DNA of 64,000 nt from Blasia pusilla (Eukaryota): contig CM114271.1 of assembly GCA_050084515.1 (NCBI GenBank), positions 35,216,001-35,280,000 on the forward strand. The letters are read 5' to 3'. The stretch's first letter is position 1. Every line of letters begins with the position of its first letter. Below the pieces are notes generated by a model. The model was given only the letters and a program-made list of their open reading frames with translations. It had not been told where the DNA came from and did not search any database. This document shows, one piece after another, positions 38,104 through 52,030 of the stretch. Both the position numbers and the translations under genes were made by a program.

Positions 38104-38258
38104 ATGTCGGTGGTCTGCTTTGAGATCCAAAACGAGAAAATCATTGCAAATCCACTGTTGTACCGCACTTCATCCAATGATGATCCCGAAGGACTTCTAG
38201 AGGGAGTGGCGATGGACGCATTAGTCGGCATCGTGAGACAGCTAGGTTACCTAGTTGA
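38104..38258 (+). pseudogene. Orphan first exon of a SCAR/WAVE-family gene (SCAR homology domain N-terminus)
   Basis: MSVVCFEIQNEKIIANPLLYRTSSNDDPEGLLEGVAMDALVGIVRQLGYLVE resembles the plant SCAR N-terminus (...[27 protein letters not shown]). It is followed by GT. No downstream exon was recognised. Confidence 0.75.
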
Positions 38259-39177
38259 GTGTGTGTTTCTTCACCCTTCAAGTTCAGTTGTGATCATCCC
38301 TCCCTCCCTTCCTTCGAACGATGGAGATCTCTTAAGCTTGGACTGCCCAACACTTCTTCGTCCATACAAAGCATTGCCCAAGCTTTCAAACTAGAGCCCA
38401 AAATCTCCAGATGTGGATCTCCAAAAGGGATTCATACGTCTACTTCATAGCAATAGTTATGGTCTGTAGAGATTGTTCGCAGATTATTTTGTGGAGGTTG
38501 TGCTCTTGGTTTGTTGGAATCATGAATGAATCCACTCCGATTTCCAGCTTGGGATTTCCATCGCAAACAAATTATCCCAGCAATCTACCTAGCTATATTC
38601 AACAGAGGCGCAAATCCTTCACAATAACACTCATTCACAAAAATGTTCATAAAAATAAGCATTTGCATCCCGCCGCCTTCCTTTCGCGTTCTTGAGTTTC
38701 AGGTCCACTTGAAGAAAATCAACCTGTGGATGGTCGAGTGATTTGAGGACAAGATCACAACAATAAAACCTCCTTGCATTCCTCTCTCTCTCTCTCCTGA
38801 CTCTATTGCAGCCTCTCCAATCATGTGGGTGCCAGTTAGTTGTCTTGATTACTCCCGTTCTTAAAGTCACCCCTTCTTTCCATTTTGCACTACTGCCGAG
38901 TTCTTACACTTGCCAAAACTATGCTTGCACAAATCATTAATCTTTAATCTATCTATCTACACCTTCTTCGACCCCCTAGGGACCAAATTGAAACCCGAGA
39001 ATCGCTTCATAACAACCCCACTCATACCACTGTGGACTGTTCACTATGTCATAGTGACAGCTTATAAAACACGCATGTTTGCTTAACTGTGCAAAAATTT
39101 GTTCCCTCTCTTCGTGTTGGTCAAAGCGGGATTGGCTCATTGCAATGCTTTTGTTTCCGAAAGCATGTTGTCATTCA

Positions 39178-39457
<280 letters not shown>

Positions 39458-42374
39458 CTCATAACTTTACAAAAACGCACGCTTTCATCCGCATTAGAGT
39501 CGCTCCAATCGGTTATATTTCAATGCAAATCCGATGAGCATACCTCCAACAACAGGATCATAGTGTCGGGAAAACAAGGCATTGGAATAAATGAGCAGAG
39601 CTCTCCGCTTGTGACACTATGATTTAGCACATTGTTGTAAATGCGGGAGCATCAAAGAGATAAACAGAAAGAGACACACATAAGGAGGAAGGAGTCATGC
39701 TCCCTCACCACCAGTTGTAGGCGAAATTGACGATGTTGTTGCCACGTGAGCTACACCAAGAGAGGTAAAAAATGCAATGAATTCCGATGATCGGAAGACG
39801 AAAATTTTCTGGACTTGAGAGGGTGGATGAAGGAGACTCACATTAGATGCTAGAGCTTACTCGCACATGTATCGTTTTCAAACTTCATTGATCACATCCA
39901 CCCTCCTTAATACAAATAAATACCTCACTTTTGAAAAATGAATTAGGGTAGCCAAATTGTTGAAGCAGCATGAGAGTAGACAAGTGAGAGTTCATGAGAG
40001 TAGGCAAGGAGAGGGAACCTATGGACCCCGGAGATGTTCCTATGGACACGCGGGGTTTTGTTTGGGCGGTCACGGTAAGCCTCTTATTTGAAACTTGTGT
40101 ATTTGCACATATGTGGCTTCCGCGTATTTTTACAAGGCATCAGCCACCTGGATCTTCTCTTCTTTCTCTTCTCTTCTCTTCTTTCTAGTTATATTTTCTT
40201 CAGTTTCATATTGGGACTATGACTACAACTAGTACTTTTATTTCCACCTAATTTATGTACTTATTAATCAAATATTAACCTATTTATCATTATTCTTAGT
40301 TTTAACACATCATATACTTACTAGTTAGTCTATTTGTTATTAAAAATTAACTACATTTAGTTAAGAGGACTAGATCTAGTTAACTTCATTTCCACATCAT
40401 AAAATATAATATAAAATAATGGAAATTTTAATTATTTTATTCCTAATTAAAAAATTTAAATTACATGTCATACTTAGTGACTATGTTTAGTGACATACTA
40501 CGACTAGATGATTACATGTTAGTAATCCTATGATTTATAGTTGTAAAACTAGTGCCATAGGACCTAGTTGTAAATACTCTAGTTCTAAAATCACATATTT
40601 CCTTCTTGTGTCTATAGAATGCATCAAGAGATCAAAATAAGATGAACATAGACATGTACATGACAAGGTTAAGTTCAGGAAAATGAAGAGACACAAATAT
40701 AGATCGAATACACAGTAAAATTGAACATTATTATCATTGAATGTTAAGGCAAGTTGATGCTTGCATTAGAAGATATTAAAATGGAATGAAATATGAAACA
40801 CATGTTAGTAAAGGCATTCAAGTATTTGAAGTGATCTAATATGGAATCATTCACAAATATTATAAAGGAGAATGCATAACATAAATGGATTGGAAAAATC
40901 TAATGTGAAGAAACAACGCATAAATATGTGGAGGACCCAGTTATTCATAATAAGAAAAATTATAATTCCCAATGCGAATATTCTGAGTTTCACATTATAA
41001 AAGTGTAGAATTCTGGTGGGAAAAGATACTTTTAGTGGTAGATGCAGCATAGTAATACTTTTACAAAACGGGATTAGATAAAATGCCTAAGGAATTTAGG
41101 AAGTCATTGCAATATATGCAATAGAGAAAATTTATCATATGGTAGTTATTGCAGCAAAATAGGCTGACTAGCGAGAATCAAAATTAGGTACCTGCAAATG
41201 ACAATACATAGGGAAGTGAAGTAGGATGGATGAATCACTTAGAGAATCACTGGTAATTGAAGTCAAGACCAAAATTGAAAATACTACAAAAACTTACTAG
41301 ACGAAAATCTACCGCTCAGGTACATTTCCTTTTGCTTGGACATTATCATGTAGAGTTAAAGTCACTGCTCTGGGCAATGGTAGAAATGCCAATGATTTCA
41401 TTGAGTTGTGCATTGGATCAGATGGCAAGATGACGACATCATCGAATTCTAGAAGCATGAGAAAGTGAGAAGGATTGTCAATATCAATGGAAATAGGCTC
41501 AAAGTCTGGTAATTGCCCATTATCTTGGGTTGTTTTCATTCAGTCAATAAGGTGTGTGGCCTTAGTGGAAGTCAAGTCTATCAACATGCTAAGAGGCAAG
41601 TGCATCTGATGCCTCAAGACATGTAGTTAATTAAGCCTGATATCACCAGACACGAGGTTGAAGAGCCTAGCTGCATCCTTCCTTGTCAAGGATGTCTTCT
41701 TGAAATCAACATTCTTAAATTTTAGAACTTCTTTCTGGATGCTTGGAATTGAAAGTACCATAATTAGTAACAATCTTCATACAAGCAATAATGGAAATAT
41801 TACTTTACCGAAGGTGAGAAGAAGATAAGTAAAATACGACCTAATGTTGGTGCATCTTTGTTGAGTCGGCGGAACTTAGAATCCCATTGCTACCCTTGGC
41901 TAATAAGTGTTTGTATTTGCTTTCCTGTTACACCATGTTCCCAGAAAGTAGGAGCCATCCCTAAATTGTCCATATATTTTATCTCGTTCTCAGTGGGGAA
42001 TATGAAGCACGGCCTAAACTCCTCAAGTTGTGCATGGATGTTTGACATAATCATGCTAGCGAAGTTCAAGTAGCTTGAGGAAACCGATGGATGAGGTGTT
42101 AGGTGAAAATAAAGCAATAGAAGATAAGGAATAACATAGTAGAGTTGTAGGAAGCAACCTGTGTTGGTGGTTGAGTGCTATGTTGTTGCTGCCACTTAGA
42201 TTGAGCATCAGCCACATTTATGGGATTCGTCTCATGCTCATACATTGGCAAATTCTCACTTTTTGAAGTTTGAGCGATGGGTCTAATTCTTTAACCCTTG
42301 CTTGAGTTACCTCGTGAAGACATACCTGAATAAGCATTGGCATTAAGAGTGGGAATTCTGTAGAGAAACAATGG

Positions 42375-44200
42375 CTATTCTTGACCAAAAACAACAAAGT
42401 CTGGTGGTGAGAGTGACCCTAGAATTTTGAGTTGGTCTCTCCTCTTGACTCTAGATAGCATCACGTAGACTAGTCCTAAAGCAAAGACTGATTTCATAAT
42501 CGATAGGCAAGGACCATGAACTTTGGATCCTTGGCTCTTATGTGCAGTCATGGCATAACCCGACATGAGCGGAAATGATTTTTTTGTAAATTTTTTATCG
42601 GAGTCATACTTGAGAATAGAGAAATTCATTCATCTAATTTTGATGGATTTTTCATTAGAGTCAAGAGTAACAATAATATGAACTAGCTCATCATCTTCAT
42701 AACAAGATTAATAACAATTGCCAAGGATCCATTGGTTGCTTGGCATTTTAGATTTACATTAGGTGTAGTCATGACTGGGCAATGAAGTGCAACAAATGGT
42801 AGTTGATGGAAAGCCTCATCATTTAACCATGCACTAAATTATGGTCTTGAAGATATATGTGATATAACATTTACTTTGATAGTTGAAGCATCTCCAAAAA
42901 TCCTTTTAAGGGCTAGAAGATTGAATGGAGCATCATCTTCACAATGAGTGCAAATGATTGTTGTGTCTGAGCTAGAGAAGTCTGCTACTTCATCCTCAAT
43001 CACAAAGTAGTCATTTAAGCACTCATCAATTTGTGCTTGAGTAGGAATCCTACACTAGATTGATATGAGGAATTGATGATAGAATGGATCATCAGATTGC
43101 CGGACACGTGTTACCAAGTCATATTCCAATACATCTTGAAGGAATGTAGAAGAGCTAATATGGCAACCATGACAGATTTTAGAAACTTTATGTTACAAAC
43201 AAGTGGCAAGATCTCCCACAAGAATGAGCAACTTATCACCAAGTATATTTTGGCCACTTCATCTTGCTACTTCATTAATCCGCATCATCACTATCTAAAG
43301 GAGTTTGGTTGTTAACATGCAGCACTCATCGATTATTTTTACGTGGGCAGCCTTGGGGTTCATATAGCAATCAAATGTTGCATGCATAAATGGTAGGTTG
43401 CCTCTAAGGGGAATGCTAAAAGCTGAGGGAACTATACTTACGTCCTTATGCAGACGCACAACACCTATATCAGTGGTGGCAATGAGCAGAGGTGACATTT
43501 TCCTTGACTTCCAATAGTTGTACATGAAGGAAATAAAGAAAGACTTACCACAACCCAAGACCCCTTTAAGAAGCACTTGTCATGATTTTTTTCTTTGTGA
43601 GTTGAATGAACAAATAAAGCTGCTCTACATTCAAGACGCCTATGTCTGGTTCAGGAGATGGTTTATCGTTACATGCATGGTCAATTTCATATTGTTGTGA
43701 GTTGAGAGTAATCATTGAGTTCAGATCTAAGCTCAACTCAGGTTGAAGAATGGTAGTTACCTTGGCAAGTATCTTACCTTCATAGACACGTCTCCACAAG
43801 TTTATTAGGGCATGCACTTTTATTAGACTTTGAATATCACCCATATCCTTAACTATACCTCTATGCACACACTCATGGAGATACGTCCATTGCTAAGCAT
43901 GAAAGGACAAAATTGAATCTTCTTATGTTAAAGACACATTGTGAAGAAGAATGAAGAAGAACTAAGTAGAAAAATTCATTCCACTAATGAAGTGGATGAA
44001 ATTCACTAAATCTAACAAGTCTAGAAGTCTTGCTTACAATGTTGCCTAGGTTATCCAAGCCAATAACTTTATCACTTGCAGCTTTTGGACAAGCTTTCAA
44101 CAACTCATAAGTAGACCAATACGAGAAAAATGAGAGGGGATGTAGACTAGTTGGTCTATTAGCGCACAGAGTGATAGGATGAATACACGGAATGGAAGCG
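42375..44200 (-). mobile_element. Degenerate PIF1-family helicase (Helitron-like remnant)
   Basis: Walker A LKGVLGCGKS, motif Ia LIATT, Walker B IIDEC, motifs V/VI YAMTAHKSQG and GLVYVMLSRV; many stops. Confidence 0.8.
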
Positions 44201-45093
44201 GATTTGTAGAGGTAACAGCACAACCAAAGCAAAAGATCGACACAGTAACAGCAGAACCAGAGGAAAGCTGAAGTCCGCGAGTAGAATGAAGGGAGATGGA
44301 AAGGAAAAGCACATCCAGCGGCGAAACTCTCTAACGCAACTGTCATGTAAAACGTCAGAGCGGGAGATTGAAGGTTCAGTGCGGAGCCTGCCATTGCACG
44401 AACAAAAGAGTCCTGCCGTCGACCCAAGCTTGCCTAGCTACGCGCGATTTTATGAGGCAGAGGGGAGCGAGCGTGAGAGAGTTGGAAAGACAGCTTCTGT
44501 AGTCTCCACACGCGGCGTCATAGAGCGCAGCCGCAAGACTTGTCTTAGGATGCTCGGCAACAAGGATACCTAGTACCCGGAAAGCTCATCCGCCTGACGA
44601 CACATGGCAACAAGCCATCGCTGGATGCCGAGTTCTCTGTTTCTAGTGCATCCAGCACTAGAAACAGCGACGTAGAGCCGCCAACGGCGAGAATTTATAA
44701 CACACGACACTTGTAGAGACCATCTCTTGTGGGATTACCGCACATGCACGGAATACCTCATTTTTTAATTGAATTCCTCTCTCATATCCTCTCCTCATGA
44801 AACCATACATTCCTATCGTACCTACCGTGGTTTGAGACGGATGTGAAGAAAAAAATTGCTAGATGGAGAGAAAAAGGGAAAAAAAACTTCGAAGAGAAGG
44901 AATAATTAGCTAAAAGTGTGGACCGGAAAGAACTTGCAAAATGAAGTTTTCAAAACTAATCTTCATTGGATAATTGGATTTTTTCCATAGCCTCAACTGA
45001 CGAGTGTCACTCGTACACATAGCCGTGTGTCCATGTACAAAGCAACAAAATCCGAAAGACATCCTTAGTCTATTGTCTTGCGAAGTTCAAAAT

Positions 45094-48000
45094 TCATACG
45101 TCATGATTCCACCATCCCAAATTTGCGACCTGGTGAGGGGGATTCTCCGAGCCCGGATGACGTTCAAAACTGGAGCCGTGGCTGCAAGAGGAGACTACGT
45201 TAGCCGAATTAGCTTGGAAACCAAGCATGGTTGGCTGGAGCCTCGACACTCCGTGATCAGGGTGAGAGAGATCATCCAGCTGACCTTGTGACAAATTTCT
45301 CAGACCCATGGAAGCGTAGATTTTGTGCAAGCTCTCAATCCACGGTTGAGGAGCGGTTGGAACCCACGCTAGCTGAGCACAAGTGCCTCTTGCTTTCGAC
45401 AACTTGAGAAATGTTTGACAGAGCTCTGGGTCCTCCGAGAAGTGAGTGTTCATAGACGGTGTCAGCAGTGCAATCATATCCCTAACACCATCATTACCAG
45501 CAGCATTGGTCCTGGTCGGTACTCTTGCTATCCTCAAAAAGTGGGCCCTCAAAACAGCAGTGCACTCGGACCATTCTGAGCATATTCGCCCCCACACATG
45601 CAAGCAAGTGTCGCTGGATATCAATGGATCCATCTTTCCCGGCGCCTGAGAATTCGAGCTCCATTGCATCCATAGCTTGAAATACTTTTCCACTTGGGGA
45701 TGCTTGGGAACGTTAAGGCTGTCGGTGAAAAAGGACAGGACAATGGAGTCATAAAAGCTGTCGAGAGAAGTCACGGAGTCAGCAAAGAGGTTTCCTTCAT
45801 CATGGCATACACAGTCAAGAGCGTCCCTCCATGAAGGAGATGAGCGCTTGCAAGAATCAGGAGGAATCCAGAGTTTGATCATAATGTCGGTGTCCACTTT
45901 GGATGCGTTACCAGCTTTCCATCCACACATGTGAAGGAATGAGTACAATCGAGCCACACCGGAGAGACTGAGTTCTTGGGCAGGGCTGGTGCAGAGATTG
46001 GAGAAACTCATAGCGACAGCGTTGGAGAGAACGTTGAGCAAAGGGAGGGAAGCGAAGCTGTGAAGAAACTCCAAAAGCTTGTTATACACTCGCTCGCTCA
46101 GCCTCATCAGCCAGTCCGTTTCCTGGATGATTTCCACGTACTCTGGCCATGTCATGTGAGGAACCCCGAGGACCTTCAGCGTCTTAGAGAACCTCCTTTG
46201 AACGTCCCCGTCCACGATGTAAAAAGGGCTCGACCCCGAAGCAAGTATGCTAGACGCGATCACTCCTTCTTCCCGAGCACTCTCCAAAATGTCCCGGAAC
46301 AAGGATCGAAGAGTGCGCCCCATCTTTGCTTTGCAAAAGAAGCTTCCTGGGGTGCGAGGTAAGAGATGCCCAACTCGTGCAGAAACAAGAATCACATTCC
46401 TGGTTTTCAGATTATCCACCAGTCTGATTCTCACCTTCTCCAAGTCCTGGATATGTTCAAGGTCCTTAACCATATCTACGTTGACATCATGAATTGACTG
46501 TTCCACGCATTTCACCGGTATGTAATCATATGGATCTCTTCTCAAAATAGTTTGGGCATCGACATTGACGCTGCAATCCAATTCCCCTTCCCAGATTCCG
46601 CAACTGGATTTGCAGAGCAAGAGAGTTTCGAAGGCTTCTTGAAAGGCTGTCGGAATATACTCTAGTATGCTTTTGTTCCAGATATTCCGGAAATCGACCA
46701 AGACATAGTCTTCACTTTGACTGCACATGAAATCCGCACTCACGAGAAACGGGAATCCGGACTTCATCTTCGAGGGCAACTGAGCGAAAACGTCCGGGGA
46801 ATAATGGAAATTGTGAGTTCCCGTCGACAAGCCAAAACTCTTGCTGGGAAACGCGACAGTGATGGTGATACAGCTTTCGCTGCGGGGGCTTTCCTGTATG
46901 ACTTCCAGAGGTAATTTGAATCTCTGCTGAGAAATCCTGTACACCGTCTGATACAAGATTTCATCCCGAGCCACAAGACCTAGAATCGCAATCTGAACAC
47001 GATGAGGTCGAGGGCTTGGCAAGTCTACAGGTTGTAGCGTGGAGGCCTGTAACGACCAGTTCTCTGTCATATGATCGTCTCTGAGATGCACTTTGTTTTG
47101 TCGACTGGATAACAAGAGCAGGCTCTCCGGGCAGAACCGTCGGAGCAATTGTTGGGCTACCTGCATTTGTTGGCCTTTCCTGAGAGGAATCATAATGTAT
47201 GTTTCTGGCGGTGTCAAGAGCTCATGCAGGCCTTGCAGATTACCCACGAGCTGGAAGTGGACATAGTCAGTAGTCCTTCTCCACCTAAGAGTGATGATAC
47301 CCTCTTTGGCTTCCCCTTCAAATTCGAATTGAATGCAATAGCCATTGCTGATCACATACAGCTCATGCACTGTCCTTGGATTATTTGTGAAACGAATTCC
47401 TGCAGGCCCAGGTGCATTCATGAATAAGAAAATCACCAGTAGCCATCATCATTAGACACATCAATCTACAAACTAGTATTTTGTTTTAATGTGTCCCACT
47501 ACACCCAATTCGTAAGAATTTCGGGTTGCCAACACATGAAGAGCGAATTATATTTAAAGACACAGTTGTGACACGGGGGGAAATGATTGGATTTGATTCA
47601 TCATGGGTACTAAGAGCACGTCCACGAAATAAACGCAATCAAATCACAACAGTTACTGCACAGTACATATTAGTTACTATACGTAGTGACAGCCCAATGA
47701 ACAGCTGCAGGTTTGATAGATCTGAGAAGTCGATTATAATGAAGTTCATAGATTGAAAGCGCTTGCTTCACAGCGTCAAGATTCTATCAGAAGAGGAAAG
47801 GAATACCTTTCTTGTCTACGGAGAATTTCATCCAATATGATGATCGCTTCTTGGTGGTGGTCTTCAAGGACTCCACTAACACATTTAAATCCACCTTGGG
47901 ATGAAGGCCCGATTCAGTACTGAATACGCAGAGTGTGGCAGGCACACAGCTATTGGTGACATCCTTTCTCGTCAAGAGTATGTCCAGCTCTGGACTAACA

Positions 48001-50358
48001 CTGCTGTGATGGGACGCAGTTTTCTGCACATTCTGGTAGAGATCCAACATCATGGAAGCACATGGAAGCCGTTAGCTCAAAATTCACAAATTTCTTATCG
48101 CATTATGATTCTTGAAATCCTAGATTTGCTCCCGATTGAGATGTAATGGTTCCTAGGGCTAAGGATTTAAGTGGTAATTGAGAAAACAAAACCTTTCAAG
48201 TGTCTACTCATGAATGACGTACACAACGTTAACGGGTTGACTAGAACTTACTCCACTCTACATGCATACGGAATCTGATCGACGTGGACACCATCCACAG
48301 CACCTGGAATTATTTGCAGAGCAACCCCAAGGTCTATGTACCAACTCTGGAATCAAATTCTTCCTTCAGCATCCAATTCTAGACAAAGCTTGAGACTACG
48401 AAGTTCTTTCGAACATCAAAATTAGTCCAATGGCTAGAGCCTACGCAGCATCCATATTATTCCCAATCCCAATCGCTGCTCCATGCTTTCATTACTTTGA
48501 CACAAAATGCTACTCTAGAAATAGAAATCTGAGCTGTACTCTCCTTGAATAGAGGCCTGCTCACGATCTATCGGCTTCATGTACCGGATCCGTTTATGAT
48601 CTTTAAGTTCAGCGATTTGGTACTTCACCTAGACAACACATTGCTGAACTACTGGCGACCTTTATAACATCAACGCCAGAACATGCAAGGACTGCTTGAC
48701 TCGGGTGCAGAAAACAAGACGAAAATTGAACTAATGTGACCTAGAGCTTGAACTGGAACCTTAGCCTCGAAGCCGCTCATTCCTGATAGTAATAGGAGAT
48801 TAATGAAAGGTTTGCGGTGCCTGCACTGTCTTCATCGAGACATTGACAGACCCATCAGATTCTTTATGACAAGCAAAAGGAGCACTATTGTGATCGCATT
48901 AAGAACGCACTCTAAGTGATGGACCCGGCTAGACGGCCCCGTAAAGCGCGAGATCTTCGTCCCTAACTACCTACGTGAGCAGCTTCTTCGGTTCAAAATG
49001 TAAGACTCGAGAGAGATTCTCATCAATCGTCTAGCGATAAAGTGGCAAGGGGAGATCTCCAGTTAGACACCGATGAAATACCGGTGATTCAAAAACTGGT
49101 TAAGGTATTGATCCAAATCGATAGCAACATAGATCGACTTACGTATCGATCGTAAAACACTATCTGAGAAATCCCATGTAAGAATATCTGCCGGTGATTA
49201 ACATGTAAGAATGTCGTAGACATTTCGGCTGTCTAAAACAGTAAGATAAAAGCTCCTGGAGCCCGGGAGATTCAAGACGTCACTAACTATGCGTGAAGGC
49301 AAGTTCTGAATAGAAGAGCTCGAGCCACGACACGGAAGCACACCATTGTTTGGTCACCGAACCCCGTGCACCTTCCTCTTAAACTTCAATTGCCACCGAT
49401 TTTCCATTCGAAGTATATCTATCTTACTATGGCTATTCTGGAGCTCTCTTGCCACATCGATCACGTATATTAGATCGCTAGCGCGAGTTCTGTGTATGAA
49501 TCCAGGATAGGAGACCTCAAACGGTACACGGGAACACGACTAACTGAAAATCCTTGAGATTAAGGTTTAGTTTAAAATTTCCCCGCCCGAAACAGTGATT
49601 CAGAATTGGGGACGCTCCCACCCGGGCATGTACAACGCACGCAGACGAGAGTTACGGGTACACTTAACACTTGACTGCGCGAAAGCTCCAGGGGCTCCAC
49701 CGGTGGGCACCCTGAGCTCTACATTTACATATATCTATGGTAAATAAATAACTTCTGAAATGGGAAGATCAAAGAATCGAGAGCGAAACCATTTAAGACT
49801 TACTGAGATTCAGGTTCTTTCTGTGGACTGGAAAGAAATGGACCCTGAATTTTTGGCGGGTGACGATGTATATTTTGAACCAAGAGGGAAGCGCAAATAA
49901 TCTATGGCTGCCGTCCATAGATTCAGGATTAGACTTCAGGATCAAAGCTTGAAACATGTAGAGAACTGAACTCTGCGCCCTTGGAAAATAAAACTGTTCA
50001 GAACTCAAATCAGACTCCATGCTCGGGGACTGTGAGCATTGTGATACGTACGCCGCACCTGAATGAAGCTGTAAATTGTGTGCGCTTCTTCCCGATGTAG
50101 ATCTACGAACAATTGCGTCACGGGATGGTCAGGCTGTCCTGCGAATATACTTTTTGCAGCAAGAGGATTCAACCTCTTGAGTTTCCTACGGAAGGAAGTG
50201 TCCTGCTCGAATATGGACGCAAGACTCAAGAACTTCCTCTTCCGGGCTGACGTTTCTTTGGGCTTGCTCGCAGGTGATTCGCTAATCTTCTTCGAGTCAA
50301 TTGTAGAACTCGCTTGTACCATCGGCAGAAGAGGGCTCTCCTCCTCTTCCATAACCAT
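45094..50358 (-). CDS. NO VEIN/sacsin-like protein with a degenerate GHKL (HSP90-like) ATPase region; exons 50358-50059, 48032-47807, 47399-45094 (start codon uncertain)
   Basis: GT-AG junctions join YSFIQ|NVQK...LLTRKDVTNSCVPATLCVFSTESG...DKK|GIRF in frame. Also YVISNGYCIQF and SGFPFLVSADF...NIWNKSILEYIPTAFQEAF, which match plant NOV-like proteins. The last exon is a long open frame. Confidence 0.72.
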
Positions 50359-51599
50359 CTTAGTTCGAATTCCAGAACGGCTCCACAAATCGAACGTCCT
50401 TCTCAATCCTTCCCTTAACACTCAACAGTCTGGAACACTGAGGAGACGACGACGATGAGCTCCAAGAGCTCCTCGCAGTGCCATCAATGGTAATGGTTGG
50501 ATCGGTGACGCTGGCTAACGCTACTCGGATCATGCTCCCCGGCCAAGATCCGGACTTCTAATACCTATGAAGGAAAGAAAAATTAAGTTCCTGTCTGTCA
50601 GGGGAGTCGGCCAATCCCTGTGAAAACTCCAGCGAAATCGCCGTGGAGATCGGGACCCCAGACTCCGCGAATGTACCGCTCCCGCAGGCGTGAGGTGCAT
50701 TGCATGCAGCTACGATGACCTCTGCTACTGCTGCGACCATCGCACTCACGCTGGGATCCGGAAGCGGACGGCTTCGTTTGATTCGGATCGTCTCCATTGG
50801 CTGCAATGCGCGACAGTGAAAATGAAATGAACTGCAAGTACTCCCCGGCGACGCCTCCACCATTTTCTTGACTTTTCGGGGAGGCCACATCGAACACCTG
50901 TCGTCTCTCCCTCTCTCTTCCCGCGTATGTAAATGCGAACTGGAAACTGACATGGAAAGCTAACTGTACCCGATGGGGACACTCGATCCGTCCGTCCGAT
51001 CCACATTCGAGCACTCTGGGAGAGACGCACAAGTCAGCATGCCTGCACTACGGATACGGATTAGCTAACACTTGGTATAGCTACCGGGAGTAGTCAATCA
51101 CAAGAAAATAAAAATATTTTTGCTTTTTCCAAGCAACATCTTCATTTTAATCCTCTCTTCACTCCTCGTATCATCTTTCAGTCAAAAACTTAATTAAACC
51201 TCCCCTGCCTCATCTCGTTTCAACGATAAAATGTCAGGATGTGATTATAAATTTATTTTACTACTCCTTATTCGATTTGAAAAAATTACTGTCTTTTTTT
51301 TCCTCAGTCAAACGACAAAAAAAGGTGCTATTTTTTTAAATTCACCTCTCCTTCCTGTAGAAATAGCGTCTACTCAAATGAATACCGTATAAGAGACGCT
51401 AGCCCAACGTCACTCAGATCATCGCCAATTGAAAACGCGCGCGTTCGTCTTTGGAAGCTCCGGGCACGGCGAACCGGGTCTGTCTGTTCGTACCTCCTAA
51501 TGATCGCGCTATCGCATTGAATGTTGCAGGTTGCGAAACTCGTCTCAGTGAGAAGTTAGAAGTTAGAACTGAGAAGCTGAGCACATGAACGCGGCGGCC

Positions 51600-52030
51600 A
51601 CGCATTTAGGGAGCGTCCGCCGCATGTGACCACACGGACATCACATGATTCTTCCAGAGGACACGCGGAAATGACCTTCAACCAGTCGACGGATCGGTGG
51701 ATGATCGATCTGGAGAAGCGAAGATCACGTCGCGGAACCGCGGTCAGTATTCTCGTTGTATGCTGCTGATCGCGAGAGTCGACTCGGAGAGAAGCCAAGC
51801 ACCGAGCGCCGCATGTGACCACACGTACATCGTCCGATTCTCCCCGAGGAGACGAGGGAAATGACCCTTCATCAAGTCGATGGATCGGTGATGGTCGACT
51901 TGTAGGAGCGACGATCACGGCGCGCTCAGTATTTGCGTCGACTGTTGCTGGTGAGAAGCCAAGCCAAGCTCGCTCGCATGAGCGCCCGCCGCATTTGACA
52001 ACACGTCCATCGCCCGATTCTTCCCGAGGA
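51600..52030. repeat. Three degenerate tandem units (~175-195 bp)
   Basis: The motif GAGCG..CGCCGCAT(G/T)TGAC(C/A)ACACG...GATTCT.CC.GAGGA recurs at ~51611, ~51804 and ~51980. Confidence 0.8.

Noticed and set aside
50558-51032. Upstream ORFs as an additional exon of the NOV-like gene
   Set aside because: A donor-like site exists near 50565, but there is no homology or frame support.
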